Origin: Octopus sinensis | Taxonomy: Eukaryota | DNA length: 64,000 bases | Direction of reading: 5' to 3' | NCBI RefSeq assembly: GCF_006345805.1 | Contig: NC_042997.1 | Span: 58,652,001 to 58,716,000, forward strand | Shown here: positions 24,312 through 37,031 of the stretch, one piece after another | Numbering within the stretch: the first letter of the stretch is position 1 | Layout of the letters: every line of letters begins with the position of its first letter | Notes under the pieces: model-generated | The model's input: the letters and a program-made list of their open reading frames with translations, nothing else | What the model was told of the DNA's origin: nothing | Databases searched by the model: none | Translations under genes and position numbers: made by a program

Positions 24312-24774
24312 AGTTTTCGAGCTAGAAGAATTGTCAGAACGTCTGAAAAAATGCTGTGCAATATTTCCTTTGGCTCTATACATTCGGGTTTCAAATCCGG
24401 CCCAGATCAACTTTGCTTTTCATTCTTCGAAAGTCGATATTGTCAAGCACTGGTCAAGTACTAACATCAATGACATCGACTACTCCCACTCCACTCAAAA
24501 TTGTTGATCATTAACTAAAATAAGAAACCAATATTATTATCATTTAAGACGGGGAGTAGGTAGAGTTGCTAGAGCGTTGGAGAGAAACGCTTTACAGCAT
24601 TCGATCCGACTCTTTACGTACTGAGATCAAATCTCACCGAGATCAGATTTGCTTTCCATCCTTCTAAGGACAACAAAACAAAATACCAATCAAGTACCAG
24701 TCAAGTACTGGGGTCGCTGTAATCGACTAGCCTTCTATCCCAAAATTTCAGGTTTTGTGCCTATAATAGAAAGG

Positions 24775-24828
<54 letters not shown>

Positions 24829-24898
24829 ACTACTACTACTACTATTACTACTACTACTACTACTACAACTACTACTGCTACTGCTGCTGCTGCAGCCG

Positions 24899-24931
<33 letters not shown>

Positions 24932-25072
24932 TCATTTTTATCATTATTCCGCCGAGGTCGACTTTACGTTTCATCCTTTCGGTATGGATAAAATTAGTAC
25001 CTGTTGAGCACTGGGTCGGTATAATCGACTCATCCCCCAAAAGTTATTTCAAACGTGGCAAAATTTGAAACC
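24312..25072 (+). mobile_element. Three tandem degenerate SINE family B copies (24312-24530, 24546-24776, 24947-25072) separated by (ACT)/(GCT) repeats
   Basis: Repeated B core and tail ...gtgcctataatagaaagg / ccgccgaggtcgacttt. Confidence 0.75.
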
Positions 25073-25074
25073 AT

Positions 25075-25076
25075 TA

Positions 25077-25115
<39 letters not shown>

Positions 25116-25155
25116 TATTATTATTATTATTATTTTATTATTATTATTATCATCA
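25075..25155. repeat. (ATT)n/(CAT)n microsatellite
   Basis: Direct reading. Confidence 0.93.
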
Positions 25156-25350
25156 TCATCATCATCATCATCATAATTTATATGTGGACAACAGTTTAAA
25201 CTGCTGGAAAATTCCTATCATCAGGCTATAACAAGTAACCTTAAATGTCAAGAACGTTCCTAAGCATCCTAGCACTGTTTTCCTGGAGCTGCACTAAACT
25301 AGGTTTTATGCCTATTCTTCTATTCATTTGTTCAAATCTTTAGGAATAGT

Positions 25351-25417
25351 TTCTTCTTCTTCTTCTTCTTCTTCTTCTTCTTCTTCTCCTCCTCCTCCCT
25401 TTCTTCTTCATCTTCTT

Positions 25418-25451
<34 letters not shown>
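25351..25451. repeat. (TTC)n and (ATT)n microsatellites
   Basis: Direct reading. Confidence 0.93.
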
Positions 25452-25452
<1 letters not shown>

Positions 25453-26248
25453 GTGAGAGAGAGCAGCGCATGCCATCAAAGTGACACTGGGGTAAAATAT
25501 ACGTATTTCTTTATTACCCACAAGGGGCTAAACACAGAGGGGACAAACAAGGACAGACATAGTTATTAAGTCGATTACATTGACCCCAGTGCGTAACTGG
25601 TACTTAATTTATCGACCCCGAAAGGATGAAAGGCAAAGTCGACCTCGGCGGAATTTGAACTCACAACGTAACGCAGACGAAATACCGCTAAGCATTTCGC
25701 CCGGCGTGCTAACGTTTCTGCCAGCTCATTTCTGGGGTAAAATATACGAAGCACAGTATACCCATCATGACTACCCGTCTGATAAGGGTACACCAGGCAC
25801 ATGTATCACAATCAAATGTGAGCGACATGGTGATCTCATATTAAGATAAACAGCGCATGACCTTGCAGGAGAGGCCCAAGTAGAATTTTCTTCAGGTCGA
25901 GTAACCCATCCCGCTCAAAAGGTCCCTGAATAAAGGTTGTTTAAGGATGTTGAACAAAACACCCATGTTTCCAGAGGTGAATTATCCAAACCCCAAAGAA
26001 TTCCTCTCTACACATGGCTATGATACCCCGCCACTACTCCTGCTTGTGATCAGTGATGCACATATTGTCAGTCACAAAAAGGACATGCTCAACTGGTTAA
26101 AGTGAAACAACTGACAAGCAAATCTGTGGTATTGAGCAGAATATTTGCTTTAGCCCATCTTTTAGACCAAGACAAAACAATGTACATGATAACATTTCTG
26201 ATCAGTTAAGATCAGAAGCCATGAGAGCCACAGCCTGGTACTGCATCA
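25452..26248 (-). mobile_element. Full-length family D AAT-flanked retroposon-like repeat, interrupted by a SINE B
   Basis: Reverse complement of 58243-58787; ATT tracts at both ends. Confidence 0.88.
25504..25731 (-). mobile_element. SINE family B monomer with 17-bp TSD
   Basis: ctggggtaaaatatacg at 25487-25503 and 25732-25748. Confidence 0.93.
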
Positions 26249-26271
26249 TTATTATCATTATTATTATTACT

Positions 26272-26683
26272 AAGGCGGTGGGCTGGTAGAGTCGTTAGCA
26301 TACGGAGAGAAATGCTAAGCGGTATTTCGCCTGCCGCTACGTTCTGAGTTCAAATTCCGCCGAGGTCGACTTTGCCTTTCATCCTTTCGGGGCCGATTAA
26401 ATAAGTACCAGTTACACACTGGGCTCGATGAAATCGACTTAATCCGTTTGTCTGTCCTTGTTTTTCCTCTCTGTGTTTAGCCCTTTGTGGGTAGTAAAGA
26501 AATAGGTATTTCGTCTGCCGCTACCTTCTGAGTTCAAATTTAGCTGAGGTCAACTTTGCGTTTCATCCTTTCGGGGTCGATAAATATGTACCAGTCATGT
26601 GCTAGGGTCGATTCAATCGACTAATCGACTACTCCCCTCCCCCAAAAAATTTTAGGCCTAGTGCCCATTGTAGAAAGTATTAT
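26272..26683 (+). mobile_element. SINE family B, dimeric form
   Basis: Head, tail-2, junction aaagaaata|ggtatttcg, second monomer, tail gtagaaagtattatt. Confidence 0.9.
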
Positions 26684-26684
26684 T

Positions 26685-26905
26685 TTTATTATTTTCTCTT
26701 TGTCACAGGTTTTGTTGGAGCTCCTGGAGTCTCGCATGCGTAGCAGGCTTACTACCTGCAGCCTACGGTACCATGCTATTCGTTCTTTTCAGCTAATGCT
26801 TTCCTGATAATGGTGGCCGTGCCAAGGAGGTAAACCTTTTGTAGCATTCTATTCTGGGTACTCTATTCCAATTTCTTTTATATTCCTCTTGATGCCTTCT
26901 GATAA
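26685..26905 (-). mobile_element. Extreme 3' end of a Dong/R4-type element
   Basis: Minus strand MLQKVYLLGTATIIRKAL* aligns with EVQKIVLTGTSHVLRRAL of ORF 59180; short UTR and AAT-like tail. Confidence 0.7.
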
Positions 26906-26933
26906 TTTCATCATCATCATCATTATTATTACT

Positions 26934-27229
26934 AAGGCGGCGAGCAGGCAGAAACGTTAGCACGCCGGGCGAAATGCTTAGCGGTATTTCGTCTGCCATT
27001 ACGTTCTGAGTTCAAATTCCGCCGGGGTCGACTTTGCCTTTCATCCTTTCGGGGTCGATTAAATAAGTACCAGTTACGAACTGGGGTCGATGTAATCGAC
27101 TTAATCCGTTTGTCTGTCCTTGTTTGTCCTCTCTGTATTTAGCTCCTTGTGGGTAGTAAAGAAATAGGTATTTCGCTTGCCGCTACGTTCTGTGTTCAAA
27201 TTCCGCCGAGGTAGACTTTGCCTGTCATC
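26934..27229 (+). mobile_element. SINE family B, dimeric, 3'-truncated
   Basis: aaggcggcgagcaggcagaaacgttagcacgccggg...aaagaaataggtatttcg. Confidence 0.9.
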
Positions 27230-27339
27230 TACTACTAGCAATCAATGAGAGTTCTGAGCCTGGCCTTGGAAAGAACCAATTCTTGTTCTGTTTTAATTAC
27301 TTGTTTTAATTACTTTGTTCTGTTTTAATTACTGATAGG

Positions 27340-27715
27340 AAAAAAATAATATATATACTGATATTTACATCGTTGAATTTTTGAAATTTTGAATTGCTTT
27401 GAATTTTTCTTTTCTTTTTGTATGTTTTGCTGTGGTTTACAGTTTTCGTAATTGTGCAGTTTTTATATATGATTTATTGTTTCTGCTCCGTCATCGCATA
27501 TTCTGCAGTTACTTGTATTTCTTTTCGTTACGGGTTTTTGGTGATTTCTGGTGGGAAGGCTTTGATCTTGTGATGCAATTAAAAATCCCTCTGTCTCTGC
27601 TTTGAGTCCTGAGCTTCTCAGCCACTGCTGCGATTTTGCTTTGTCTATTTCTTTTCTGTTTAGTTTAACCCGATATTTGCCATGTACGGGATTTTCTTGC
27701 CACCGTTTTATTTTA
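27340..27715 (-). mobile_element. Dong/R4-type ORF fragment (27463-27715) fused to an A-rich segment also found at 62115-62245
   Basis: RWQENPVHGKY...QWLRSSGLKAETEGFLIASQDQSL...CRICDDGAETINHI aligns with ORF 59180; begins in an (AAT)n tract. Confidence 0.85.
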
Positions 27716-27721
27716 TTATTA

Positions 27722-27762
<41 letters not shown>

Positions 27763-27945
27763 CATTATTATCATTATTATTATTATTATTGTTATTATTA
27801 TTGTTATTATTATTATTGCTGTTGTTGTTGTTGTTGTTGTTGTTGTTATCATTATTATTTCCATTATTAGTAGTAGTATGAGTAGTAATAGTAGTGGTAA
27901 GCGGAGCAGTAGTAGAAGCAGCAGTAGTAGAAGCAGTCACTGATC
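27716..27945. repeat. Compound (ATT)/(GTT)/(AGT)/(AGC) microsatellite
   Basis: Direct reading. Confidence 0.95.
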
Positions 27946-28164
27946 ATCGCTCCTAGGCTGTAATGGTTTCCTCTTCTGCTATAGACGCATAAATATTAAT
28001 ACAATATAGTGTACAATAGCATACAGAAACACATATATGTGCGTGCATGTACATATATACATGTAGATGTTTACATGTATATAGGTATGTGTATGTAAAT
28101 ATGTATGTATGCGTGTACTTGCATACAGGTACGTATGCATATATGTTAACTTGCAAGTGTGTGT

Positions 28165-28189
28165 ACATATATATATATATATATAATAT

Positions 28190-28249
<60 letters not shown>

Positions 28250-28250
28250 T
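28165..28250. repeat. (TA)n microsatellite
   Basis: Direct reading. Confidence 0.95.
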
Positions 28251-28788
28251 CATATATGTATGTATGTATATACACAAACACATAATGATACATATCAAAT
28301 TGAAGAGTAGTTAACTCTATAGAAGTCAACTTCCGCTGAGCAGTGTTTGTCACCCAGCTTCCATTTCCGTATGTGGCCCATGCACTTTACTGAAGCCGTT
28401 GCTTTGTTGCTATGCAAAAGAAAGTCTCTTTGCGATGTATGTCCGCATGTGTGTGAGTGTGTGTGTGTGTGCGTGTGTGTGTGTTTGCGTTGTGTTGTGT
28501 TATGTGTGAGAGAAGAAGAATGTGTCTGTATGTGTGTGTTTCTACGTGTGAATGTCCGTCTGTGAACGAAAGGATATTTGAAAGAACAAAACACCAAAAT
28601 GCCAATAGATGCAATGTGTAAACTCTAAATCCACACTTGGATGTAGTTATTCCAATAATTCTGATGGTTCGGCATCTCTTTCTTTAAAGTCATAACCACC
28701 ATTTTCGTCCCATCTCCCTCTCTGTTGCTGTTTGTGTGCCTATCTATCTACCTATTTCTCTACCTATCTCTCTTTCTCTCTCTCTATT

Positions 28789-28826
<38 letters not shown>

Positions 28827-28875
28827 TCCCCCCCACTCTCTCTCTCTCTCTCTCTCGTCATATATATATATATAT

Positions 28876-29085
28876 AGGCATGGCTGTGCGCTAACAAGCT
28901 GAGTTCCCAAACACATGGTTCCGGGTTCAGTCTTACCGCGTAATACCTTGGGCCAGAGACTTCTATTATCGCCTCAGGCCGACTAAAGCCTTGTGAGTAA
29001 TTCTGGTTGGCAGAAACTGAAAGAAGCCCGTCGTATATATTTGTGTGTGTGTGTCTGTGTATGTATATGTGTATATGTATGTATG

Positions 29086-29119
<34 letters not shown>

Positions 29120-29357
29120 TGTATGTATGTATGTATGTATGTATGTATGTATGTATCTATGTATGTGTGTCTTTGTGTCTGTGTTTGTCCCCCACCACCG
29201 CTTGACAACTAGTGTTGGTGTGTTCGGACAAAAGAGGCCGATAGAATTAAGTACTAGGCTGAAAAATAAAATTCTTCGACTAAAACCCTTCAAAGCGGCG
29301 CTCCAGCGTGGCCGCAGTCAAATGACTGAAACAAATAAAAGATAAAAGATGAAAGAT
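28876..29357 (+). mobile_element. SINE family A with internal (TATG)n
   Basis: Head aggcatggctgtg...; tail ggcgctccagcgtggccgcagtcaaatgactgaaacaaataaaag. Confidence 0.9.
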
Positions 29358-30984
29358 ATATGAGAAATTATGATAAACACAATTTTATTTCATTTTCTTC
29401 GTCACGTATATTTCACCGTTTGTGGTTGTTTGGAACCTCAGCACTGAAAGTTCGAAGTGTAATTGGCTGCTTAGCTAGAACAGATCATCAGGGAACACTA
29501 TATTGCATTATGCTACAGAGATCAAATATAAAAATACAATTACATGTTGTGTATGCGTACGTGTGCGTGCGTGTGTGCCTGTGTGCATGCGCGCGCGTGT
29601 ATATCAATTTGTTCAGACTAATTGATTAATTAATAAACAACCGTTGTTGAATCTTCGTTCAGTAGCGGTAGGCCAGTAAATGGTGGAAGACCATTCGAAA
29701 TAATGTATTTTAAACTATGTACATAAATTATCACAAGTATAAAACATTTCCTAGCGTTTAGTTTAACCCAGACTGTCATCTAACGAAATATCACCCATGC
29801 TTTCTCCAAAGTCTTTAACGACGTATCAACAAATTAGATAGTGAAATGGTTACAAAGAATTAAATCGAAATATAGGCACGGCTCATTAAAAATATACATC
29901 TATTCTAGGACACTTATAACACTCACTTACACACGCAAAATAACGTGTGTGCGTCTGTATTTGTGTGTTTTGTGTACGCTTTCTGCATTTTTGTCGTGGA
30001 TGTGTGCGTATACTAAAAATAGTGCCATTATAATGAGCTTGCTGAAAGTATACTCAATTATACAAGATTTGTTTAAGTGCGAAGTTCACTGGCGTGTTGA
30101 TAAGTTGCAATTAGAATGTTAGTGGTAGTTGATTAAGTGGTAGAAGGAAGTCGGAGAGCAAGTAATAATTAGAATTGTCATATAATCTTCAAAGATGCTG
30201 ATAGCCAACAGAAGTCCTTTAAATTATATTCTTAGGCTTGTAGTAATAAGTTTCTAGACAGTATTTGAATATACCTGCTTCGGTTATCGTTTTACCTATA
30301 ATTTCTATAACATAGGCTTTTAATATTGTTCATGCTCTTATTCGCTATTGTAAAACATCAAAATAGTGAATTGTAAAAATCGAGTATTTTCGGACATTAC
30401 AGAAATATGTAAGAGAAATTGTGCGAAGAAACAATGGAATCGAATGCTACTGTACAACTGAATACATGTGTGGAATAATGTCTTTAAAAAGTAGCGATCT
30501 ATTGTTCCAAAGAGAATGGCAACACATATTTCGAACTATATAGCACGAAATACTTCGAAATATTTCTATATCTAATAAAGAAAAATACACAGAAAAGTAA
30601 TTTATTGGTTCTTTCATGTACAATATACAATGCCAACAAATTGGGAGTCTGTCTTCCAGTAGATTAATTCGTCGCTGTTTGGCAAAAAGGTTATAATGGA
30701 GGTTAAACTGTGATGTCTGACGTAGTCAATATCATGTAGAACAAACTAGTGCCAAGTAGCGCGTACTTCTTAGAATAAAGAGATTTTCTTGATTTGTTGG
30801 TAATATATGAACAAAGCTAGAGCTGTAAAGTTAATAATGTATGAATGATTTTAAATTACTGCTACATTTTGCAAAGCTAATATAAATACCCAAATTAATG
30901 ACATGACTATGATTTAAGACGATGCTAGTGCCAGAACATTACAAATGGTCAAGAAAATTGCATAAAGAGCGACTCCAATAATTT

Positions 30985-31195
30985 TCCCAATCTTAGAAAA
31001 CGGGTGGTAATTTTGAGGGGAGGAGGAATTCGATTTCACCGTTCCCAGGGCTCAACTGATACCTATTTTACCGACTTCGAAAGGATGAAAGTCAAAGTCG
31101 ATCTCGCCACAATTGAACTCAGAACGTAAACAACCGGAACAAAATGCTGCTAAGTATTATTTTGTTCGGCGTGGTAATGATTCTGCCAGCTCTTA
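30985..31195 (-). mobile_element. Old SINE family B copy
   Basis: cgaaaggatgaaagtcaaagtcgatctcgcc...ttctgccagctc. Confidence 0.75.
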
Positions 31196-32360
31196 ATCAG
31201 TAATCTATGACATAAAGTCCATCTCAAGCAGACTCCGACCAGTAAATAACTTTCAACATCAAAATCTTAATATAGCACGTTTCTAAAATATTTAATCGAC
31301 GCATCTCTATTATTCTCCTATCCTTTTGAAATGCAAGCCTTATTATATCTTAATATTCAGCTATTTCTGAACTTCTGAAGCTTTCTCAACCCTGTACAAA
31401 TTTTCGTCACCATTGAATTCTGCGTTGACTATCATAATTGTGAAAAGAAATCCAGGCATTCGAAAGGTAACCCTAACACCATATAATGTTTAATCATAAT
31501 TCACCAATGACCTATGCATCGTCTTGCCTTCCTTGTACCATTCCTAGAATGGTTACTGTTCCTCCATGTCTCCTTTCTCTTCTCTAATCTCTATTCATTC
31601 GCGATAAACACTTCGCAACAGATTTCCATTTCTTGAGATTCATTACTTATATATTTATGATAACTTGTTCATATTAGTAAATTAACTCAGCAAAAGGAAT
31701 TATTTTAGTTGTAACACTGGACTATTTATCGATTCTATATTTAGTGTAGACTCAGTTACCTATATAGAACGTGTATCGAATCTCAATAGTGTTGTGTTAA
31801 CTGTAAATGTGGGTTGGTGTTCTGAGTATGTAGATAATTCATATAGGCAAATGTATCGAATTTACATGGAATTGTTAGTGCCTTCTTATTTTGTTTTACA
31901 CTCATATGTAATTATCTTCTAAAGAAAATCTTTAGAAATAGTTTTACTAAGTGACTCATTCATGTCAACTGGAATTAATAGTATTCTCGTGACAAAGTTT
32001 TAATGTTGTATATATTATCTCCATTGGTAGACTTATCTTAATGATAATTCTTAATGACAATCAACACTTTAATGATTGCAGGCATAACTGCGTGGTTAAG
32101 AATTTTGCCGCGCAACTTTGTGGTTTCCAACATAATACGTACGCAATTAATATATGCATTTGCACAACTACACTCAGAGAATGAATGTAAATTAGTTATA
32201 AAGTGCTCTAATTATATAAGAAGCAGCTGAATATCAGGCTAAATATCAAGTCTGCACACTGCAGAACCTTATTACCATAGGGTTGTTACTATCTCGGCAG
32301 TACTCGATATTATAAGGTAGAACTAATGAAAATATGTATAGAATTAGACATCTAAATGTA

Positions 32361-32678
32361 CTGACACTCTGTCAGTTACGACGACGAGGGTTCCAGTTGA
32401 TCCGATCAATGGAACAGCTTGCTCGTGAAATTAACGTGCGATTGGCTGAGCACTCTACAGACGCATGTACCCTTAACTACGTTAAGGCTACATGCGTCAC
32501 AGAATGTGTAAAGGTTGGCCCTTTCAAATGCAGGTACTACTCATTTTCGCCAACTGAGTAGACTGGAGCAATGTGAAATAAAGTGTCTTGCTGTAGGACA
32601 CAATGCGTCGCCGGGAATTGAGCTCTGGCGTTACGACCGTAAGCCGAATACCCTAATCACTAAGTCACGCACCTTCAC
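32361..32678 (-). mobile_element. Full-length tRNA-derived SINE family C with 13-bp TSD
   Basis: acatctaaatgta at 32348-32360 and 32679-32691; head gcgtgacttagtgattagggtattcggc... Confidence 0.9.
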
Positions 32679-33204
32679 ACATCTAAATGTAAAGGGTAAA
32701 AAACTACAAGTACTAACATCAAAATAACTATCTGCATAAGATTTCAGACTGTGAAATCTCTGAGTCTCGTGATCATCAGTGAAGATGGCTGGGAATTATC
32801 TATAAAAAGGGCTTTATAATTATACATATTCAATTTATTGAAGCAACAGTATAATGTATTTTTTTTATTAAAGAAATGAAACGTACGTGAATAAACGAAA
32901 CAATAAAAAGTATGTGTAACGTATGCCTAGGCACAATATGGTTTGAGGAACAAATGTAAATGAATTAACATTAAAAAGTGGTCATATGGAAAATTATTTT
33001 AATAAATACATATATGAGCGATCCATTTAGATGCGTAGCTATGATAAAATACCATTGCGAGTATAACTTGGAGCATGTTGTTTTCGATGTCTGTATAATT
33101 GTGAGTAGACATAGATACACTCTCGGCCTTCACACTCTTGACTCGGCGCGACATAGAAGATGTGACAACAGGAAGGCAAAAGGGCTGCACCTGTATTCGG
33201 CTGA

Positions 33205-33342
33205 TTCTTATTTTCAACTGGCCAGAATGGAGCAACGGGAAAAGAAGCGCCTTGTTCAAAAGACACAATGCGCCGCCTTAATCAGGAATTGAATACAGGA
33301 CCTTATGATCGTGAATCCAAACCCCCAACCACTCGGCCACGC
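33205..33342 (-). mobile_element. SINE family C 5' fragment
   Basis: Minus strand gcgtggccgagtggttggg...attcaattcc...tgtgtcttttgaacaagg. Confidence 0.65.
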
Positions 33343-33444
33343 ATCGTTACGATTGTCTAACTGAGCACCTACTTCAACGCCTACGATTGTTTAACTGAGC
33401 TCCTACTTTCTGAGCACATACTTCATTTCTATTTTAGAAATGAA

Positions 33445-33640
33445 GACGTTAAACTGGTAGAATGTTAGTGCGTCAAACAAAATGCTTACTGGCATTCCTT
33501 CCGGTTCTTTACATTCTGAATTCAAACGCCACTAAGGTCAACTTTGCCTTTCATCCCTTCGGGGTAATTAAAGTAAATTAACAGTCTGGTTCTGAGGTGG
33601 AAGTACCTGACTTGTCTCTCTTCAAAAATTGCTGTCCCGT
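33445..33640 (+). mobile_element. Old SINE family B copy
   Basis: ctggtagaatgttag...aggtcaactttgcctttcatcccttcgggg. Confidence 0.7.
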
Positions 33641-34284
33641 TCAGTTGAGGAATGCTGTGATCTCGGTCACTTATATACGCCATGGAAACCAAACAACCTG
33701 CCTATGAATCCTAAGGCTCAAGAAGAATATTTTCAAAAAGATGATCAGAAATGAGGAAGCTAGATTGTGATAATTCGTCTAGTAAAATATCTTGCATAAT
33801 GTTGTTACGGTCCTTATACTCTGAAATCAAACCTCACCCTGCTCAACTTCGCAATTCACTTACAGCTTTCGATCAAATAAAGTATCAATCGGATATTAGG
33901 GCTAATTTTAGTTGACTATACCTTCTAAAATCTGTGGTTTTGCACCTATGTTAGCAGTTATAGCACTAGTCATTTCTTGTTTTCTTTCCGAATCAGCTCT
34001 TTTTCTAGTGGTGCCTTACATTTTTCTCCAAAGGTCTTCAGCCTAATTATAAGTACTACAACGGATTTCTTTTACCCTTTTAATATTCTGCTTCTTCAAC
34101 AAGCATTGTTGCTATTGATTTTTGTTTTTGTTTTATGAATTACATTTCTCTGTTGCAAACATTGTGCAACAGAAGATTGACATTTAAGTCATGTTCAGTT
34201 CAAATATACACAACAATACTATCAATTTAGCATTAAAATGGTTGAAGAATAGAAATTATTTAAAGCAGCCTTTCATTTTATTTT

Positions 34285-34314
34285 ATCTATCTCTCTCTCT
34301 CTCTCTCTCTCTCG

Positions 34315-34396
<82 letters not shown>

Positions 34397-34399
34397 AGT

Positions 34400-34431
<32 letters not shown>

Positions 34432-34486
34432 GATATATATTATATATATATATTATATATAATATATATATAATATATATATATAG

Positions 34487-34531
<45 letters not shown>

Positions 34532-34822
34532 TAATTACAAACACATATATATATATATCTATACATATACATATATATATATATGCGTCCGTCTTTGCAT
34601 CTGCCTGTCTCTCTACCAGTCCGTTTTCGGTTTGTCTGTCTTGCTATATATGTATGTACACAACTGACGCAATTTACATAATGCAATCAAACATGCGTAC
34701 CATACATACATTGTGTGTGTGTATGCGTGCGTATACGTGTGCATGCGTGCGTGCGTGTGTGCGTGTGTGCGTGTGTGTGTATGAATGTGTGTGTGTGTGT
34801 GTGTTTGTGTGTGTGTGTTGTG

Positions 34823-34853
<31 letters not shown>

Positions 34854-34863
34854 TGTGTGTGTG
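34285..34863. repeat. (CT)n, long (TA)n and (TG)n microsatellites
   Basis: Direct reading. Confidence 0.93.
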
Positions 34864-35221
34864 GTGCTTTTCAGCTGCCTATTTACATTCTGCAAACTTA
34901 CTCATAAATTAGTCTAGCACCACGGTAGATAGCCGAATTTACAAATTTGGTATTTTAGCATGTCATAATTGATTAAATAATACCTATTTTCTGCCGACAC
35001 AACGTAAAATAAAAGAATGCAAATATATATATATATATAAATTTAGATAGCTATGCTCAGTCTAACTTTTATAAATGCTTTAGAAACGTTTATCGTCTCT
35101 ACTACGGAGATATTACGTACGTTGATGTGTAAGTAATGAAAAACGGGAAAGGAATTGGAAAGATATGGATAAGATTGGAAAGATATGGATAAGCATATAC
35201 GTATAAATTATCATTTATCTT

Positions 35222-36492
35222 GCTATGTAATATATCTCGACTTTGCAAAAGTCTTTGATAAAGTCGACCACGGTATGATCTGTCACAAACTGCGTGGTCT
35301 CGTCATAGGCAGAAAACTTGGAGAGTGGCTGCACAACTTCCTAAAAGACAGAAGACAGGCAGTTGTGAGCAATGGACCCACCTCCAAGGAAACACAAATA
35401 ACAAGCGGTGTTCCACAGGGCACTGTCTTGGGGCCACTGCTGTTCATAGTTGCCCTTTCAGACATGCCTTCAGTTGCTACGATGGCCACCCTTGCTAGCT
35501 ATGCAGATGACACAAAAGTCTCCCACACAATACAAAACCCTGAAAATATTGCGCATCTGCAACAGGAGTTGGATACAATATACAGGTGGGCTGAGGACAA
35601 CAACATGCAGTTTAATGCAGGTAAGTTCCAGGCCCTGCGCTACCGGCACACAAAGGTAAACGACGTGCAGACTGGATACACTGGCTCAGGAAGAATAGCA
35701 ATCCCTGAGTCAAAATCAGTGCGTGACCTGGGCATTGACATGAGCAATGATGCATCTTTCCAAGTGCATATTATTAATCTGGTGATAAAATGCAGACGGC
35801 TAGCTGGATGGATTCTCCGAACTTTCAGAACAAGAGAGAAGGAGACACTGATGGTCCTCTGGAAAACATTCATCCTCAGCCGCTTGGACTACTGCTCCCA
35901 ACTATAGTCACCACACAATATAAAACTAACAGTAGAACTCGAAGCAATTCAAAGAAGCTACACAAAGAAGATCGTCTCAATGCAAAATATCAGCTACTGG
36001 GAAAGACTGAAAGTATTAAACCGCTTCTCCCTAGAGCGAAGGCGGGAGAGATATGCAGTGATATACATCGGGAAAATCCTGGAGGGTCTTGTCCCAAACT
36101 TTGGCATTCAAAATTACTCCAACCGCAGAACGGGGCGCCACTGCATGGTGCCAAAGATTCCAACATCACCATCAAAATACAGGTCCAGATACTGCAACAA
36201 CTTGGGTTTCAGAGGACCACATCTCTTTAACATCCTCCCTAAATGCCTGAGAGACTTACATGGTGTGGATGTGGGTTTCTTTAAAACTAAACTGGATCTC
36301 TTCTTGTCGGGGGTCCCAGATGAACCTACCTCACGACAGAAGACACAGATGCGGGCAGCGGCATCGAACTCCCTTGTTGATCAAGTGCCACGTATCAGAG
36401 GTGGATTCACATATTAGTGTAGCTCATTCAGCGGCGATGCCCCAGCATGGCCGCGGCCTTCGGGCTAAAACATTTTTAAGGATTTAAGGATT
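35222..36492 (+). mobile_element. 5'-truncated CR1/L2-group LINE (RT C-half), related subfamily of 18921-22645
   Basis: YLDFAK..DKVDH, GVPQGTVLGP, YADD; ORFs 35185-35907 and 35980-36417 are in the same frame, split by one TAG; 3' stem-loop ccccagcatggcc and (TTAAGGA) tail. Confidence 0.93.
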
Positions 36493-37031
36493 TGCTTGTG
36501 ATATTTTCTTTATGATTATAGTTACAAAACAATTCGACTTACATGTATATTTCTGCAACAGCCTGTGAGTTGTAAAAATTGCATTTATTCAGAAATTAAT
36601 ACGTCTACCTTATGTTTTCTTGTAATTCTAAGCATAACATGAACAACGTGGTATTATAGAATAGTGAGGAAGGTGATAGTGATTTTTATCAGAATGCTAC
36701 AGTTGAATAATTTTAGATTCCCTTGTATAAGCAAACATTCAAATTTAGCATCGACACCAATACTATCACCTATTAGCAGTCTCTCCAAGTCTAGAGAGAG
36801 CTCACTGAGGTCAATGTCAATTCCTCTTATTTCATAGAGTAGTAGTAGCCAATATGCGTATATGCCTTTAGAAAATTGTCACCATTTAAATACATACATA
36901 TATAAATGCATGTTACATTTCATACATTCAAACATACAAAGATAGAGACAGACATCACAAACTGACATCTTCAACCACGTAGTGCAAGCGTTTAAGATTC
37001 GTTTCAATAAGGTTGTTTGCATAACTGAACA

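Noticed and set aside
31440-31620. Possible RTE C-terminal remnant on the minus strand (TILGMVQG)
   Set aside because: Too short and degenerate to call.
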